DNA of 64,000 nucleotides from an uncultured Candidatus Binatia bacterium (GTDB taxonomy: Bacteria; Desulfobacterota; Binatia; UBA9968; CAXXLF01): positions 1,120,001-1,184,000 of the forward strand of contig OZ244621.1 of NCBI GenBank assembly GCA_965218425.1, given 5' to 3'. Within the stretch, counting starts at the first letter, position 1. Every line of letters starts with the position of its first letter. A program made the translations under genes and the position numbers. Below the pieces are notes generated by a model. The model was not told where the DNA came from and did not search any database. It saw nothing but the letters and a program-made list of their open reading frames with translations. Shown here piece after piece: positions 46,308 through 56,322 of the stretch.

Positions 46308-47900
46308 CTAAGGCTTGATACGGTTGGCCTTGGCCTTTTCCCCGGTAATGAAGTGATCTCCTTTCAACGCCAACTCCGCTTCTTCCTCGTCCTGCTCGCT
46401 CCATACCCCGAGACTGTATCCGTACCACGGCATGCGAGGTTTGAGTTGAGGCAATTTCAACTCTTCCCAGATCGCCTTGGCGTTTTCCATGAACTCTTTT
46501 CGCGGCAAAGACACGGGGAGATAAGGCCAAGGCCGAGTGGCATCGATCAACAGGGAGGTCATCTCCGCCGCCCTTCTCTCGGCAGTGGTGGCGGTGGGGG
46601 GAGCGGCCGAAGGATCCAACCCCGCGTATTTCCCCTTGGCAACCGCCACGTCTTTGTCAGGGACCACATTAAAGCAGATAGCCCAATTGATCATGGCCGG
46701 GTCAAAGATATCGATATCTTCATCCACGGCGACGGTGATTTTAGCGAAGGGCCCCACGAACCCGGCGGTGGCATGAAGTGCCCGCCACACCTCGGCGCTG
46801 CTTCTCTTCCTTGTTTTGATAACGCAGTAGGACTGACCGCTGCCGCTCACTTCATCATGCAGGGCCACGTCCAGCACACAGTCGTTGCCGCTGTCATACC
46901 TGAGGTACTTGTACAGGATCTTCTCCGTGCCCGTGTGTTTGATCTTGCTGCTTTCGCTGGGAGGAAACTGGCTAATGAGAGCGCTGTATATGGCGTCCCT
47001 TCGGTGCGTGATAGCGGTGACCTCCATATAGGGGGAGTTGCCGCGCGGACCTAAGTAACCCGTGTACTCACCGAAGGGCCCTTCCGGCTCAACCGTATCC
47101 GTCGGGATCACTCCTTCGATGACGATTTCCGCCGTAGCCGGCACCTCGATGTCCACCGTAACGCATTTGACCAGCTCGATGGGCTCGCCTGCCAGACCGC
47201 CTGCCAGTCGATACTCGTCGAAATCATAAGGGATCTTGGCGGTGGCGGCGTAGGCAACGGCAGGAACCGAACCGATGATAACGGCCGCCTCCAGGGGTTT
47301 CCCCATGGCCATGCACTTTCTCCAGTGCTGCCCCATGTGCTGTCCGGTAAAAAATCCTCCCGTCCGATCGGGCCCTTTGATCTGCCCCCGGTAGTTGCCG
47401 ATGTTGTAAACACCCGATTCGGGATCCTTGGAAACCCAGTTCGCAGAGGTTAGATAGGGTGCATTGTCAAAACCGGGAGTCGAAATGGGTACGGGGAGCG
47501 TCTCCAAACCGTGGCCGTTCAACAGATCGCTGCCCTGCCGAACCACCTCATGAACTGGCCCGCTGCCGACCGTTACCGGCGGCTGCGCCCTCAACTGGGC
47601 ATTGGTCCAGGTGTCGTGGATTTCTTCCGGCTTACACATGAGCCCCATGGCATAGATCTCCGTCGACGCGGCGAGGGTGCCCACGGAAACGGGCATGTCG
47701 TATTTTCTCCCCTTCACGTCCACGACGTTCTCAAAAAGAAAGGCCTTGCGCTGATCTTCTTCCAAACCGCGAAACTGCCACCTGACCAGCGGCATTAACT
47801 CGGTATCCTTATTGACCCGGCGTTGGATCCTCAACAATTTCCCTCTCTCCTCCAGAGCCGCCAGGTGTTCTCTCAAGTCGCTATAATATTTGCTCTTCAC
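46308..47900 (-). CDS. UbiD family prFMN-dependent (de)carboxylase
   Basis: YYSDLREHL, NIGNYR, EGPFGEYTGY, VDEDID, LIDAT. Confidence 0.93.
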   Translation of the reverse strand: MKSKYYSDLREHLAALEERGKLLRIQRRVNKDTELMPLVRWQFRGLEEDQRKAFLFENVVDVKGRKYDMPVSVGTLAASTEIYAMGLMCKPEEIHDTWTNAQLRAQPPVTVGSGPVHEVVRQGSDLLNGHGLETLPVPISTPGFDNAPYLTSANWVSKDPESGVYNIGNYRGQIKGPDRTGGFFTGQHMGQHWRKCMAMGKPLEAAVIIGSVPAVAYAATAKIPYDFDEYRLAGGLAGEPIELVKCVTVDIEVPATAEIVIEGVIPTDTVEPEGPFGEYTGYLGPRGNSPYMEVTAITHRRDAIYSALISQFPPSESSKIKHTGTEKILYKYLRYDSGNDCVLDVALHDEVSGSGQSYCVIKTRKRSSAEVWRALHATAGFVGPFAKITVAVDEDIDIFDPAMINWAICFNVVPDKDVAVAKGKYAGLDPSAAPPTATTAERRAAEMTSLLIDATRPWPYLPVSLPRKEFMENAKAIWEELKLPQLKPRMPWYGYSLGVWSEQDEEEAELALKGDHFITGEKAKANRIKP

Positions 47901-48214
47901 TGTGGTAACCCCATTGATATGAATTCGGCAGGAGACTCGACTCAGGTTTTCTTGATTTTCTCCTGCTTATAGACGTGGATTTGACCTGCTTAACATCGCG
48001 TTCTCATACAGTCAAGCCGGCCTTATGCACCCCTGAAATCCCGCCGCCTCACAACCCGTTTCCCCGCAACGATCGAGCCCGGTAAATCAGGGCGGTTGCC
48101 GGAGGCCGCGGAATAAAGTACTGGCACTCTGTGAATTCTTGAGATAAAAGGTGGAATGTGTCGGTTAGCCGTCACCCCGAGAAGGACAACGACGATACCG
48201 CAAGGAGAACAACC

Positions 48215-50467
48215 ATGGCAAGCGTGAAATCCGTGATTGGTGCGCCCATCGGCCGTGTGGAGGGAACCGAGAAGGTGAGCGGCCATGCCACCTATGCGGC
48301 GGACGTACGGCTCCCCGGGACTCTATGGGCGAAAGTGCTCCGAAGCCCCCATCCCCACGCTCGAATTACCCGTATCGACGCCTCCCGCGCACGAAAGGCC
48401 GAGGGAGTCAGAGGGGTCGTCACGGGCAAGGACGTCACAGGCTCATACATGGGTAGAGTCATCCGGGACATCCCGGTGCTCTGCTGGGACAAGGTGCGTT
48501 TCGTCGGAGACCGCGTGGCGGCGGTGGCGGCGGATACGCTGGAGGCGGCAGAGGCGGCGCTGGAACTGATCGAGGTGCGGTACGAAGAGTTGCCGGCTGT
48601 ATTCGACCCCCTGGAGGCCATGCAGCCCGGCGCCCCAAGGCTGCACGACGACGTGGCCGGTTACGATGGAGCTCCCGAAGACATTCTCATTCCTGACGTT
48701 CCCAACGGGTTGAACCGACTCACCTGGGGCAAAGGGGACATCGAACAGGGCTTTCGGGAAGCCGACCTGGTATTGGAACACACCTTTCGGATACCCATCC
48801 GGCACCAGGGGTACATTGAGCCGCAGACCGCGCTGGTGTCTATTGACGACGACGGCCGCGTGCAGGCCTGGGTATCCACCAAGAGCCCCTACTCCACGCG
48901 GAGTCAACTCGCCAAGGCCATTGACGTCCCGCAAGAGATGATCCGAATAAACGCCGTAGACGTGGGCGGGGACTTCGGCGGCAAGGGCGACGCAATGGAA
49001 CTGCCCATCTGCTATTTCCTGGCCCGGCAGACAAAGCGGCCCGTGAAAATCGTGCACACCTACACGGAGGAGATAACCGCCGGCAACCCAAGCCATCCCA
49101 CGGTCGTCACCGTCCGCTCGGGGATCAAGAGAGACGGGCGCATTGCGGCCCGCTATCTGAAAGCCGTGCATTCGAGCGGCGCTTACGGCGGACAAAAGTT
49201 TGTTCGGGCCACCCTCGGCGGGGCGGGAACCGCAGGCCCCTATCGCATTGACCATGCCTTCATGGAGGCCATCCAGGTATACACGAACATTTTGCCCTGC
49301 GGCTTTTGGAGGGCCCCCGGCGCCCTGCAAGCCATGTACGCCGTCGAGTCGCATATGGACCTGCTCGCTCGGGAGCTGAAGATGGACCCCGCCGGATTTC
49401 GTCTGAAAAACATGCTCCGAGAAGGGGAAGAGAACGCCATAGGGAGACAAATGGAAGGGGTCAAGGCGCGCGAAACCCTCCAGGCCGCCCTGGATGCGGC
49501 CGGCTGGCGGAAACGTAAAGCTAAACCCAATGTCGGCCGCGGCATCGGAATGTACGAGAGGTTCACAGGGGCCGGCCCCAGCTGGATCGGCCTGACCGCG
49601 GAGCCCGACGGCGCTTTGACGCTGTTAACCGTAAGCGGTGATCAAGGCTCGGGGCTTCGCACCGTTTTATGCCAAGCAGTGGCCGCGGAGATGGGCGTCC
49701 CCATGGAACGGGTGCGGGTCGTGACGGGCAATACCGACGCGGTTCCGTACAGTATCGACATCGGTTTCGGCGGCAGCCGCTCCACCAATATCGGCGGCCA
49801 GGCCGTGATCGGCGCCTGCGGCGAGCTCAAAGCGAAGCTATCGGCCCAGGCCGCTCGAATGTTGGAGTGCGCCGAAGAAGATATTGATTATAGCGGCGGT
49901 CGGTTCCGGCCGCGTCAGAAGCCGAAGCGGGCCGTAGGCCTGGCCGAAGTCGTCAAGAATATGAACGGCGGCGGTCCCGTTACGGTCACCACCAAAGTCG
50001 ATGTGCCGAGGAAGTTCTCTTCCACCTCCTTTGTGGCTCAGGTGGCCGAGGTGGAGGTGGACCCTGAAACGGGCCAGGTGAGGCTTCACCGGTTCATCTC
50101 CGCCCACGACGTGGCAACCATTATCAATCCCATCGGCCATCAAGGGCAGATCGACGGCGGCTCGGTAATGGCCATCGGCACGGCTATGATGGAAGAGATC
50201 GTCGTCGAGGACGGGAAGGTCACCACCACGAACCTGGGCGAGTACAAGCTTCCCAACATCGCGGACATACCCAAGCTGGAAACGGTGCTGGTGCGGTCCG
50301 AAAGCGGCCCGGGCGCCTATCAGACAAAGGGCATCGGTGAAATGGCCAACGTCAGTCCGCCGGCGGCCATCGCCAACGCCGTGGCCGACGCGACGGGAGC
50401 GCGGCTGTTCGATCTACCCATCACGTCGGAAAAAGTATACAAGGCTCTCCGGGACGGGAAATCATGA
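48215..50467 (+). CDS. xanthine dehydrogenase family molybdopterin-binding subunit
   Basis: KVSGHATY, RSPHPHA, GGDFGGK, WRAPG, GQIDGG, KGIGE; AGGAG RBS. Confidence 0.93.
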   Translation: MASVKSVIGAPIGRVEGTEKVSGHATYAADVRLPGTLWAKVLRSPHPHARITRIDASRARKAEGVRGVVTGKDVTGSYMGRVIRDIPVLCWDKVRFVGDRVAAVAADTLEAAEAALELIEVRYEELPAVFDPLEAMQPGAPRLHDDVAGYDGAPEDILIPDVPNGLNRLTWGKGDIEQGFREADLVLEHTFRIPIRHQGYIEPQTALVSIDDDGRVQAWVSTKSPYSTRSQLAKAIDVPQEMIRINAVDVGGDFGGKGDAMELPICYFLARQTKRPVKIVHTYTEEITAGNPSHPTVVTVRSGIKRDGRIAARYLKAVHSSGAYGGQKFVRATLGGAGTAGPYRIDHAFMEAIQVYTNILPCGFWRAPGALQAMYAVESHMDLLARELKMDPAGFRLKNMLREGEENAIGRQMEGVKARETLQAALDAAGWRKRKAKPNVGRGIGMYERFTGAGPSWIGLTAEPDGALTLLTVSGDQGSGLRTVLCQAVAAEMGVPMERVRVVTGNTDAVPYSIDIGFGGSRSTNIGGQAVIGACGELKAKLSAQAARMLECAEEDIDYSGGRFRPRQKPKRAVGLAEVVKNMNGGGPVTVTTKVDVPRKFSSTSFVAQVAEVEVDPETGQVRLHRFISAHDVATIINPIGHQGQIDGGSVMAIGTAMMEEIVVEDGKVTTTNLGEYKLPNIADIPKLETVLVRSESGPGAYQTKGIGEMANVSPPAAIANAVADATGARLFDLPITSEKVYKALRDGKS

Positions 50468-50613
50468 AAGCCGGACTTCTGTCGCCCCGCGTCACCCCAC
50501 CCGGCGGCCCGGAGACACACGATCATGCGCATGGACGGCCCGAACTCATAGCCGACCATGTGCGATTTATCCGCCCAAGAGCTTTATCCCCCGGAAAATA
50601 AGGAGACTGGATC

Positions 50614-52515
50614 ATGTCGGCGTCAACGGAACTGTTCCCAAAACAACGAACGACGAGACTTCCCGGCGGTTACATGGGAAAAATCCTGCGGGTCAATCTC
50701 ACCTCCGGTTCCACGAAGGATGAAAACCTGCCCGAGGAGCCTTTGTTGAGAAGATTGATCGGCGGCCAGGCGCTGGCATCGTACATCCTGCTCAATGAGC
50801 TGCCTCTGGACGCCACGCCCTTCGGGCCTGAAAGCAAGGTGGTGCTGATGACCGGGCCCATCACCGGCAACGGATTGACGCCGGGCGGCACCAAGTTCAC
50901 GGCCGTCTATCTCAGTCCCCTCACGGGAAATACACTAGGGCGCGGAGCATCGAGCGGCTTCTGGGGGATCTATCTCAAGGCCGCCGGTTACGACGGGCTC
51001 ATCATCGAAGGGGCGGCATCGAGACCTGCCTATTTATTCATTCATGACGGGAAGGCGGAGCTTCGCGACGCCACGAAGTTCTGGGGGCAAGGCACCAGGG
51101 CGACAGAGGACAACCTGCGCGCGGAAGTGGGGCTCAAGGATGCCAAGGTCCTCTGCATGGGGCCTGCGGGTGAGAATCTCAACCGCGCCGCCATGCTGTG
51201 CAACGACTACAACCATTTTGCCGCCCACAGCGGTGGAGCGGTCTTCGGATCGAAAAAGCTCAAGGCGATCGTCGTGAGCGGCTCCATGCGCCCCAGGATT
51301 TCCGACAAGGCACTCTTGCTGAACGCCGGGATGCGCTGGCGCAAGATCTTGGCCCCGCAGACCGTAGAAGAAAAAAAGACCAAGATGGGTCACGGGGAGT
51401 CATGGGGAGCCCTCAACAACCTCAACTGGCGCAGCACCGAGATCAGCGACCACAACCGCGGCTTCAATCAGAACCGCGTGGTGCTGCGGCCTTGCTTTCA
51501 ATGCGCGAGGCTTTGCCCCTGGGACGTGGAGATCCAAGAGGGGCCCCACAAGGGAACCCTGGCTCACTTCAACGCCGGGGGCGAATGGCTGGACGCTTTC
51601 TTCAATCTCGGCATCAAGGGGAATTCCGTCCTCTACCTGTCGGAGCGCATCAATGATCTCGGCATAGAGTGCAGCCACTTTTCCTGCGGCGCGGGAGTCG
51701 CCTTCGAGGCCTGGGAGAAGGGCATGCTCAAGCCCGACCGGACCAACGGCCTGAAACTGGAGTGGGGAAACGTCGAGGCGGTGGACGGGCTCCTCGAAAT
51801 GGCCGCGCGCCGCGAGGGCTGGTTGGGCAACCTGCTGGCGGACGGACCCAAGCAGTTGGCGGAGGCCATCGGCGGGGACGCGCCCAATTGGGCGGTGCAC
51901 ACCAAAGGCGGAACTCCCGCGATGCACGAATGGCGGCCGCTGTTGGGTCAGATGCTCAGGGAGCTGGTCGGCAGCGGGGGCATGAAACCTCAAGGGGGAG
52001 GCTCGGTAAGTCCTCCTCCGGACCTTCGCTTCCGGGAGAAGTGGGGCCCGCTGGACCGAGACGACCCGCAGGGCTGGCCGCGGTCTCAAGTCCTCTCCGA
52101 ACAGTACCGGCAGTTCTGCGGCATCAGCGGCGGATGCTGGTTCGCCCAGGTGCCGCATAAACCCGACGGCCTCAACTGTATTACGGACACCGTCAATTCA
52201 ACCACCGGGTGGGACTTCGACCTAGAGGAAGCCATGGCGGCCGGCCATAGAAGCATGATTCTTCAAAGCCTGTTCGGCACCCAGAGGGGCTGGTCCGCCG
52301 AACTGGACTGGAAAGACGTGGGCCCCAGATTCCTGGAACCCATTCCCGACGGCAAGTACAAAGGGTTCACCATCGCCAAATGGTTGCCCGGCATGGTCTA
52401 CGAATACCACCGGCTCACCGAGCGCGACGAAAAAACCGGCCGTCCCTCGAAAAATGTCCTGACCCGACTCGGCCTCGAGGAATTCATGGACTGGAGCCAG
52501 CCCGACTCCATCTAG
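50614..52515 (+). CDS. aldehyde ferredoxin oxidoreductase family (tungstoenzyme)
   Basis: YMGKILRVNL, SPLTG, GYDGLIIEG, GPAGE, GAVFGSKKLKA, CFQCARLC Fe-S motif, LEWGN. Confidence 0.9.
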   Translation: MSASTELFPKQRTTRLPGGYMGKILRVNLTSGSTKDENLPEEPLLRRLIGGQALASYILLNELPLDATPFGPESKVVLMTGPITGNGLTPGGTKFTAVYLSPLTGNTLGRGASSGFWGIYLKAAGYDGLIIEGAASRPAYLFIHDGKAELRDATKFWGQGTRATEDNLRAEVGLKDAKVLCMGPAGENLNRAAMLCNDYNHFAAHSGGAVFGSKKLKAIVVSGSMRPRISDKALLLNAGMRWRKILAPQTVEEKKTKMGHGESWGALNNLNWRSTEISDHNRGFNQNRVVLRPCFQCARLCPWDVEIQEGPHKGTLAHFNAGGEWLDAFFNLGIKGNSVLYLSERINDLGIECSHFSCGAGVAFEAWEKGMLKPDRTNGLKLEWGNVEAVDGLLEMAARREGWLGNLLADGPKQLAEAIGGDAPNWAVHTKGGTPAMHEWRPLLGQMLRELVGSGGMKPQGGGSVSPPPDLRFREKWGPLDRDDPQGWPRSQVLSEQYRQFCGISGGCWFAQVPHKPDGLNCITDTVNSTTGWDFDLEEAMAAGHRSMILQSLFGTQRGWSAELDWKDVGPRFLEPIPDGKYKGFTIAKWLPGMVYEYHRLTERDEKTGRPSKNVLTRLGLEEFMDWSQPDSI

Positions 52516-52753
52516 GATTATCGACCGCGGACGGCGCAGAGAATCAAATGGAAACCGGCCGGATTTTCCCGGGCGTTTAGGGCTCGAAAAACGGGCCTGA
52601 AACGTCAGTAAAATAGCGCCGGGCGGCGCCTCATGAATCCCCCCTTCATTAGAACGCGACCATCCCGAGTGGAAGAGGGCATGTCCTGTCATGCAACTGC
52701 AAGGGCAAGCTCAGGTCCTCGCCGACCTTGGCATGGCTATATGCTCTTCCCTG

Positions 52754-53167
52754 CTATGGACGGGCGGCTTCATCGTCAGGCCGGACCACGAGGTCAATCT
52801 CGACGAGGGCGTCGAGCGCCAACCCCGTAACACCGATGCAGGTGCGCCCCGGCATACGCCCCGGAGCAAAGTAGGCGGCGTATACTCCATTCATGGCGGC
52901 GTAGTCGGCGAAATTCAACAGGTAGACGCGGGCGAACACGGTGCGGTCGAGGGAAGTGCCCAGGCCGGTGAGCACGGTTTGCAGATTCCGCATCACTTGA
53001 TGCGTCTGCTCGACAATGCCGCCCGGGACCAAGCGATCCCCAGTCTTCGGGTCGGACGGCAATTGCCCGGTGACGAAGAGAAATTCACCGGCCCGCACGG
53101 CATGGCTGTATGGCGCCGTAGGCGGCGGGGGCGGGGCTCCGGGCGCCATTAGAAATTCGAGAGCCAC
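52754..53167 (-). CDS. RidA/YjgF family protein
   Basis: APYSHAV, TGQL, MNGVY, PGRTCIGV..ALVEID; GTG start with AAGGA RBS. Confidence 0.9.
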   Translation of the reverse strand: MALEFLMAPGAPPPPPTAPYSHAVRAGEFLFVTGQLPSDPKTGDRLVPGGIVEQTHQVMRNLQTVLTGLGTSLDRTVFARVYLLNFADYAAMNGVYAAYFAPGRMPGRTCIGVTGLALDALVEIDLVVRPDDEAARP

Positions 53168-53772
53168 GGTTTGGGTTCCTTTCCGGTCACATCCCCTTGT
53201 CCCTGGCTGTGACCGCCGCATCATTAAATTTGTCGATCTCGGCGACCGGCTCGTTCATGTGCGTGCGGCTTGGATTGACGGCGGAACAGCGCCCAATCTT
53301 AGGCATCCTTGCCGCGTCTCCAAGACCTCTTTGCCTACGGTAAGATAAACGTCGCCGATAAACAACCTCTATGCCGTTTGCCGTTTCCCCAAAATGACCG
53401 GCGTTCTTAAAGCCTCACAACCTTGCCTTATAAAAGAGGCCTGTTCTCTTGGCAGACCAGGCTCGAACAGTGAGCGCCGAAAGCGCTATCGGCGCTTGAC
53501 GACGCCATTCCGCGCGTTTTGTAAAGATCGGACTTCCGACACGGGCTGTCAGGCCGTGTCGTGAAGGTTCTTCGCATCCCGCGACCTCAACATGTGAATG
53601 GCAGTTATGCGGATGTCTCTGTTTTTATATTCTTTCCCCCTCCTGCATCGCTTTGCTTCCGATCGTTTCGCATCCCACTTGACAGCTCAAGGAACCGTAC
53701 TTAACTTTTTAACATGTCAGGACACGGCGATATCGGCCGGTGAGGAAAAGAACGAGAAGGAGGGACAATACA

Positions 53773-54249
53773 ATGAGAGACTTAACAAGGTGGAATCCCA
53801 TTTCAGAGTTCACAAGCGGGCTCGGGGAATTTGACGATCTATACGATCGCTTTCTCGGCCATCCGTATCGCGCAAGCCAGGAGGTTGCCCAATGGCGCCC
53901 GACGCTGGAATCCTACACCAAGGACGGCAAGACTTTCGTGCGGCTGGACCTGCCCGGCATTGATCCGACGGACGTGGACATCGTCGCGGAAAACGGCTTC
54001 CTGACCATCAGCGGGGTGCGCAAAGGGGCAAAGGACGTGGAAGAGAAAAACTACCACTATCGTGAGACCTCCTTTGGAAAGTTCGAGCGGCGTCTGATCC
54101 TGCCTAAAGGTACGGACACCGGCCAGATTGCGGCACGCTACGACAAGGGCGTCCTGGAAGTTTCCGCGTCGCTGCCGATCCACCTTTCTCCCAGGAAGGT
54201 GGAGATCCAGGTCGATGGCGGCAAGAGCGATCCGAGCCAGGCGGCCTGA
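53773..54249 (+). CDS. Hsp20/alpha-crystallin small heat shock protein
   Basis: DLPGI, LTISG, RETSFGKFERRLILP, ARYDKGVLEV; upstream TTGACA near 53679. Confidence 0.93.
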   Translation: MRDLTRWNPISEFTSGLGEFDDLYDRFLGHPYRASQEVAQWRPTLESYTKDGKTFVRLDLPGIDPTDVDIVAENGFLTISGVRKGAKDVEEKNYHYRETSFGKFERRLILPKGTDTGQIAARYDKGVLEVSASLPIHLSPRKVEIQVDGGKSDPSQAA

Positions 54250-54275
54250 GCCGAGCGCTGGAGGCGTGGCAATTC

Positions 54276-54311
54276 GGGGGACCCTGGCCAAGCGAGGGTC
54301 CCCCTTTTTTT
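54276..54311 (+). terminator. intrinsic terminator
   Basis: GGGGGACCCT..AGGGTCCCCC stem followed by T7. Confidence 0.85.
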
Positions 54312-54521
54312 ATCCGATTGTTTATCCGCCTTCGCCGAGGACAACGGGAACAATTCCATAGGAGGCGTCATCGACGGTCGGCCCTTGCTCTTGAAACTAA
54401 ATCGACCACACAAGACGCGCCCTTTATCATGTTGCCTTACCCCGCTGCCGCTGCCGATCGGCTGGACAAAAAAACACTTTCGCACTGTTGGTGAGAACGC
54501 AAAGCAGGCAAGGTATCCGCG

Positions 54522-55826
54522 TCACCCCCTGCGGCCGCCGACTTCCGTCCCGGGCGCGTGTGCCTCAGTGATATTCAAGTGGCGGAGGCTCCGGTTGGGC
54601 AAGACCGCCAGGAAAACGAAGGCAAGCACCGCCACTCCTCCCGCGACCAGCGCGAAGGGCGCCGTCGTCAGCGCCGCCACAAGGGCAAACTGCACCTCGC
54701 CCACCGGCCGCACGCCGGAGTGCGTCATCGCCCACAGCGCCATGACCCGCCCTCGGAACTCGTCGGGCACCATGAGTTGCAGGCAGCTCTGGGAGGCCAC
54801 GCCGAAGATGGAGCTGCCGACTCCGGAGATCCATAGAACCGCGAGCGTCACCAGGTACCACTGGGACAGCCCGAACAAAATCGCGGAAACGCCGAGCATG
54901 AGCGAGCCGATCACGGTCCACTTTCCCTGGTCCCGAGCGGCCATCCAACGGGCGCCGATCACCGCCCCGATAAGGCTGCCGACGCCCTGCGCGGTAAACA
55001 TCATCCCCAGCGCCTCGGGGCCCATTCCCAATACGTCTTTCGCGACCACCGGGAACAGCACCTGCATGGCGAGCCCGAACAGCATGTTGACGTACACGAC
55101 GCTGATGAGGGAAGTGTAGATGCGGTTGGTCCACACGAAGCGCATCCCTTCCACCGTGCTGGACAGCATGCTTCCACGGCGCACTCTTGCAATAGGCGGC
55201 ACCTGCAAGAAGAGCAACACGAAGATATAGACGGCCAGGCCCGCCGCCGTGATGGTAAAGACCGTCCCCGCTGCCAGCATGGCGGACTGGGTTTCTCCCA
55301 TGACGCCGGCCAGGACGAAACCCGTAACCACCGGTGAGAATACCCGCGTGCCGGGGTGGACGGTGGCATTCAGACCCACCGCGCTGGGCATTGCGGCCCG
55401 GTCAACCAGGTGCGGAAAGAGCGACTGGCGCGCCGGCTGCTCGAACACGCCCAGGCACGAGTGGAGAAAGCTCGCCAGGATGACATGCCAGACCTCCACC
55501 GTTTGGATGAAGCACAGCGCGGCCACTACGCAGAGGATGAGCATGTCGACCGTCTGGGCGGCGATGAGCAAACGACGCTGGTCCACCCGGTCCGCCAAGG
55601 CGCCCCCGAGCAGCGCCAAAGCGGTCGCCGGCACCGCCTGGGCCAGGCTGTTGGCCCCAAGCAGAAGCTTCGACCCGGAAAGCTCGTAGATGAGCCACCC
55701 CTCGGTGATCCACAGCATCTGCTTCCCGGCGATGGAAATAATGTGACCGGTCCACCACTGGCGGAAGGGGCGGGATCGTAAGGCGGGGAACGCCCCCAGC
55801 ATGTCACGCAAGCCGTTTAGCAACAA
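54522..55826 (-). CDS. MFS transporter (DHA3-like)
   Basis: GGALADRVDQRR, PARQSLFP, PDEFRGRV. Confidence 0.9.
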   Translation of the reverse strand: MLLNGLRDMLGAFPALRSRPFRQWWTGHIISIAGKQMLWITEGWLIYELSGSKLLLGANSLAQAVPATALALLGGALADRVDQRRLLIAAQTVDMLILCVVAALCFIQTVEVWHVILASFLHSCLGVFEQPARQSLFPHLVDRAAMPSAVGLNATVHPGTRVFSPVVTGFVLAGVMGETQSAMLAAGTVFTITAAGLAVYIFVLLFLQVPPIARVRRGSMLSSTVEGMRFVWTNRIYTSLISVVYVNMLFGLAMQVLFPVVAKDVLGMGPEALGMMFTAQGVGSLIGAVIGARWMAARDQGKWTVIGSLMLGVSAILFGLSQWYLVTLAVLWISGVGSSIFGVASQSCLQLMVPDEFRGRVMALWAMTHSGVRPVGEVQFALVAALTTAPFALVAGGVAVLAFVFLAVLPNRSLRHLNITEAHAPGTEVGGRRG

Positions 55827-56322
55827 TGGCGCCTCTTTCCCTGCGGTACGCTTGAAAATGCGCGCTGAATATACGCCGTTTATCGTCCAAGGTACAATCC
55901 CGACCGGATTTATCCATCCCTCTCAACAAGCGGAGATCTCCCCGGCCGGGTTCAACCGACCGTAGCAACTATCCCGCCGGACGGTTGAAGGACGAATCGA
56001 TAGGCCGCCGGACCCCGACGGACTTGAATCCGCTCGAGATCGATGCATCAAAAGCTTGACCCTCCGCCCGGCAGGAGGACGAAACGGCAGGAAGGCGAGC
56101 CTGACCGCACTCGCGGGCCGTTCGGGGTTGAGTTTCTTCAGAAGGCGACGCGGAAATGAGGACAGAGGCCGCTGACCCCGGGCTTTCACACCCTTTGCGC
56201 CGCCTCGGACGGGAAAAAACGGCAAGATGACACGCCCGGCCGCGCTCTCTATATAGTTCGTCCCCGCTTTGTCTTGGTTCTCTTCAGACCGTTTGACGCT
56301 TCCTGATCGAAGACAGCGGAGT

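Noticed and set aside
40024..52158. Long antisense ORFs (40024-40923, 46353-47054, 48443-49450, 51400-52158)
   Set aside because: Shadows of GC-rich UbiD/XDH/AOR genes; no motifs or RBS
55860..56320. Long intergenic region with scattered hairpins
   Set aside because: No known RNA motif; hairpins are expected at this GC content
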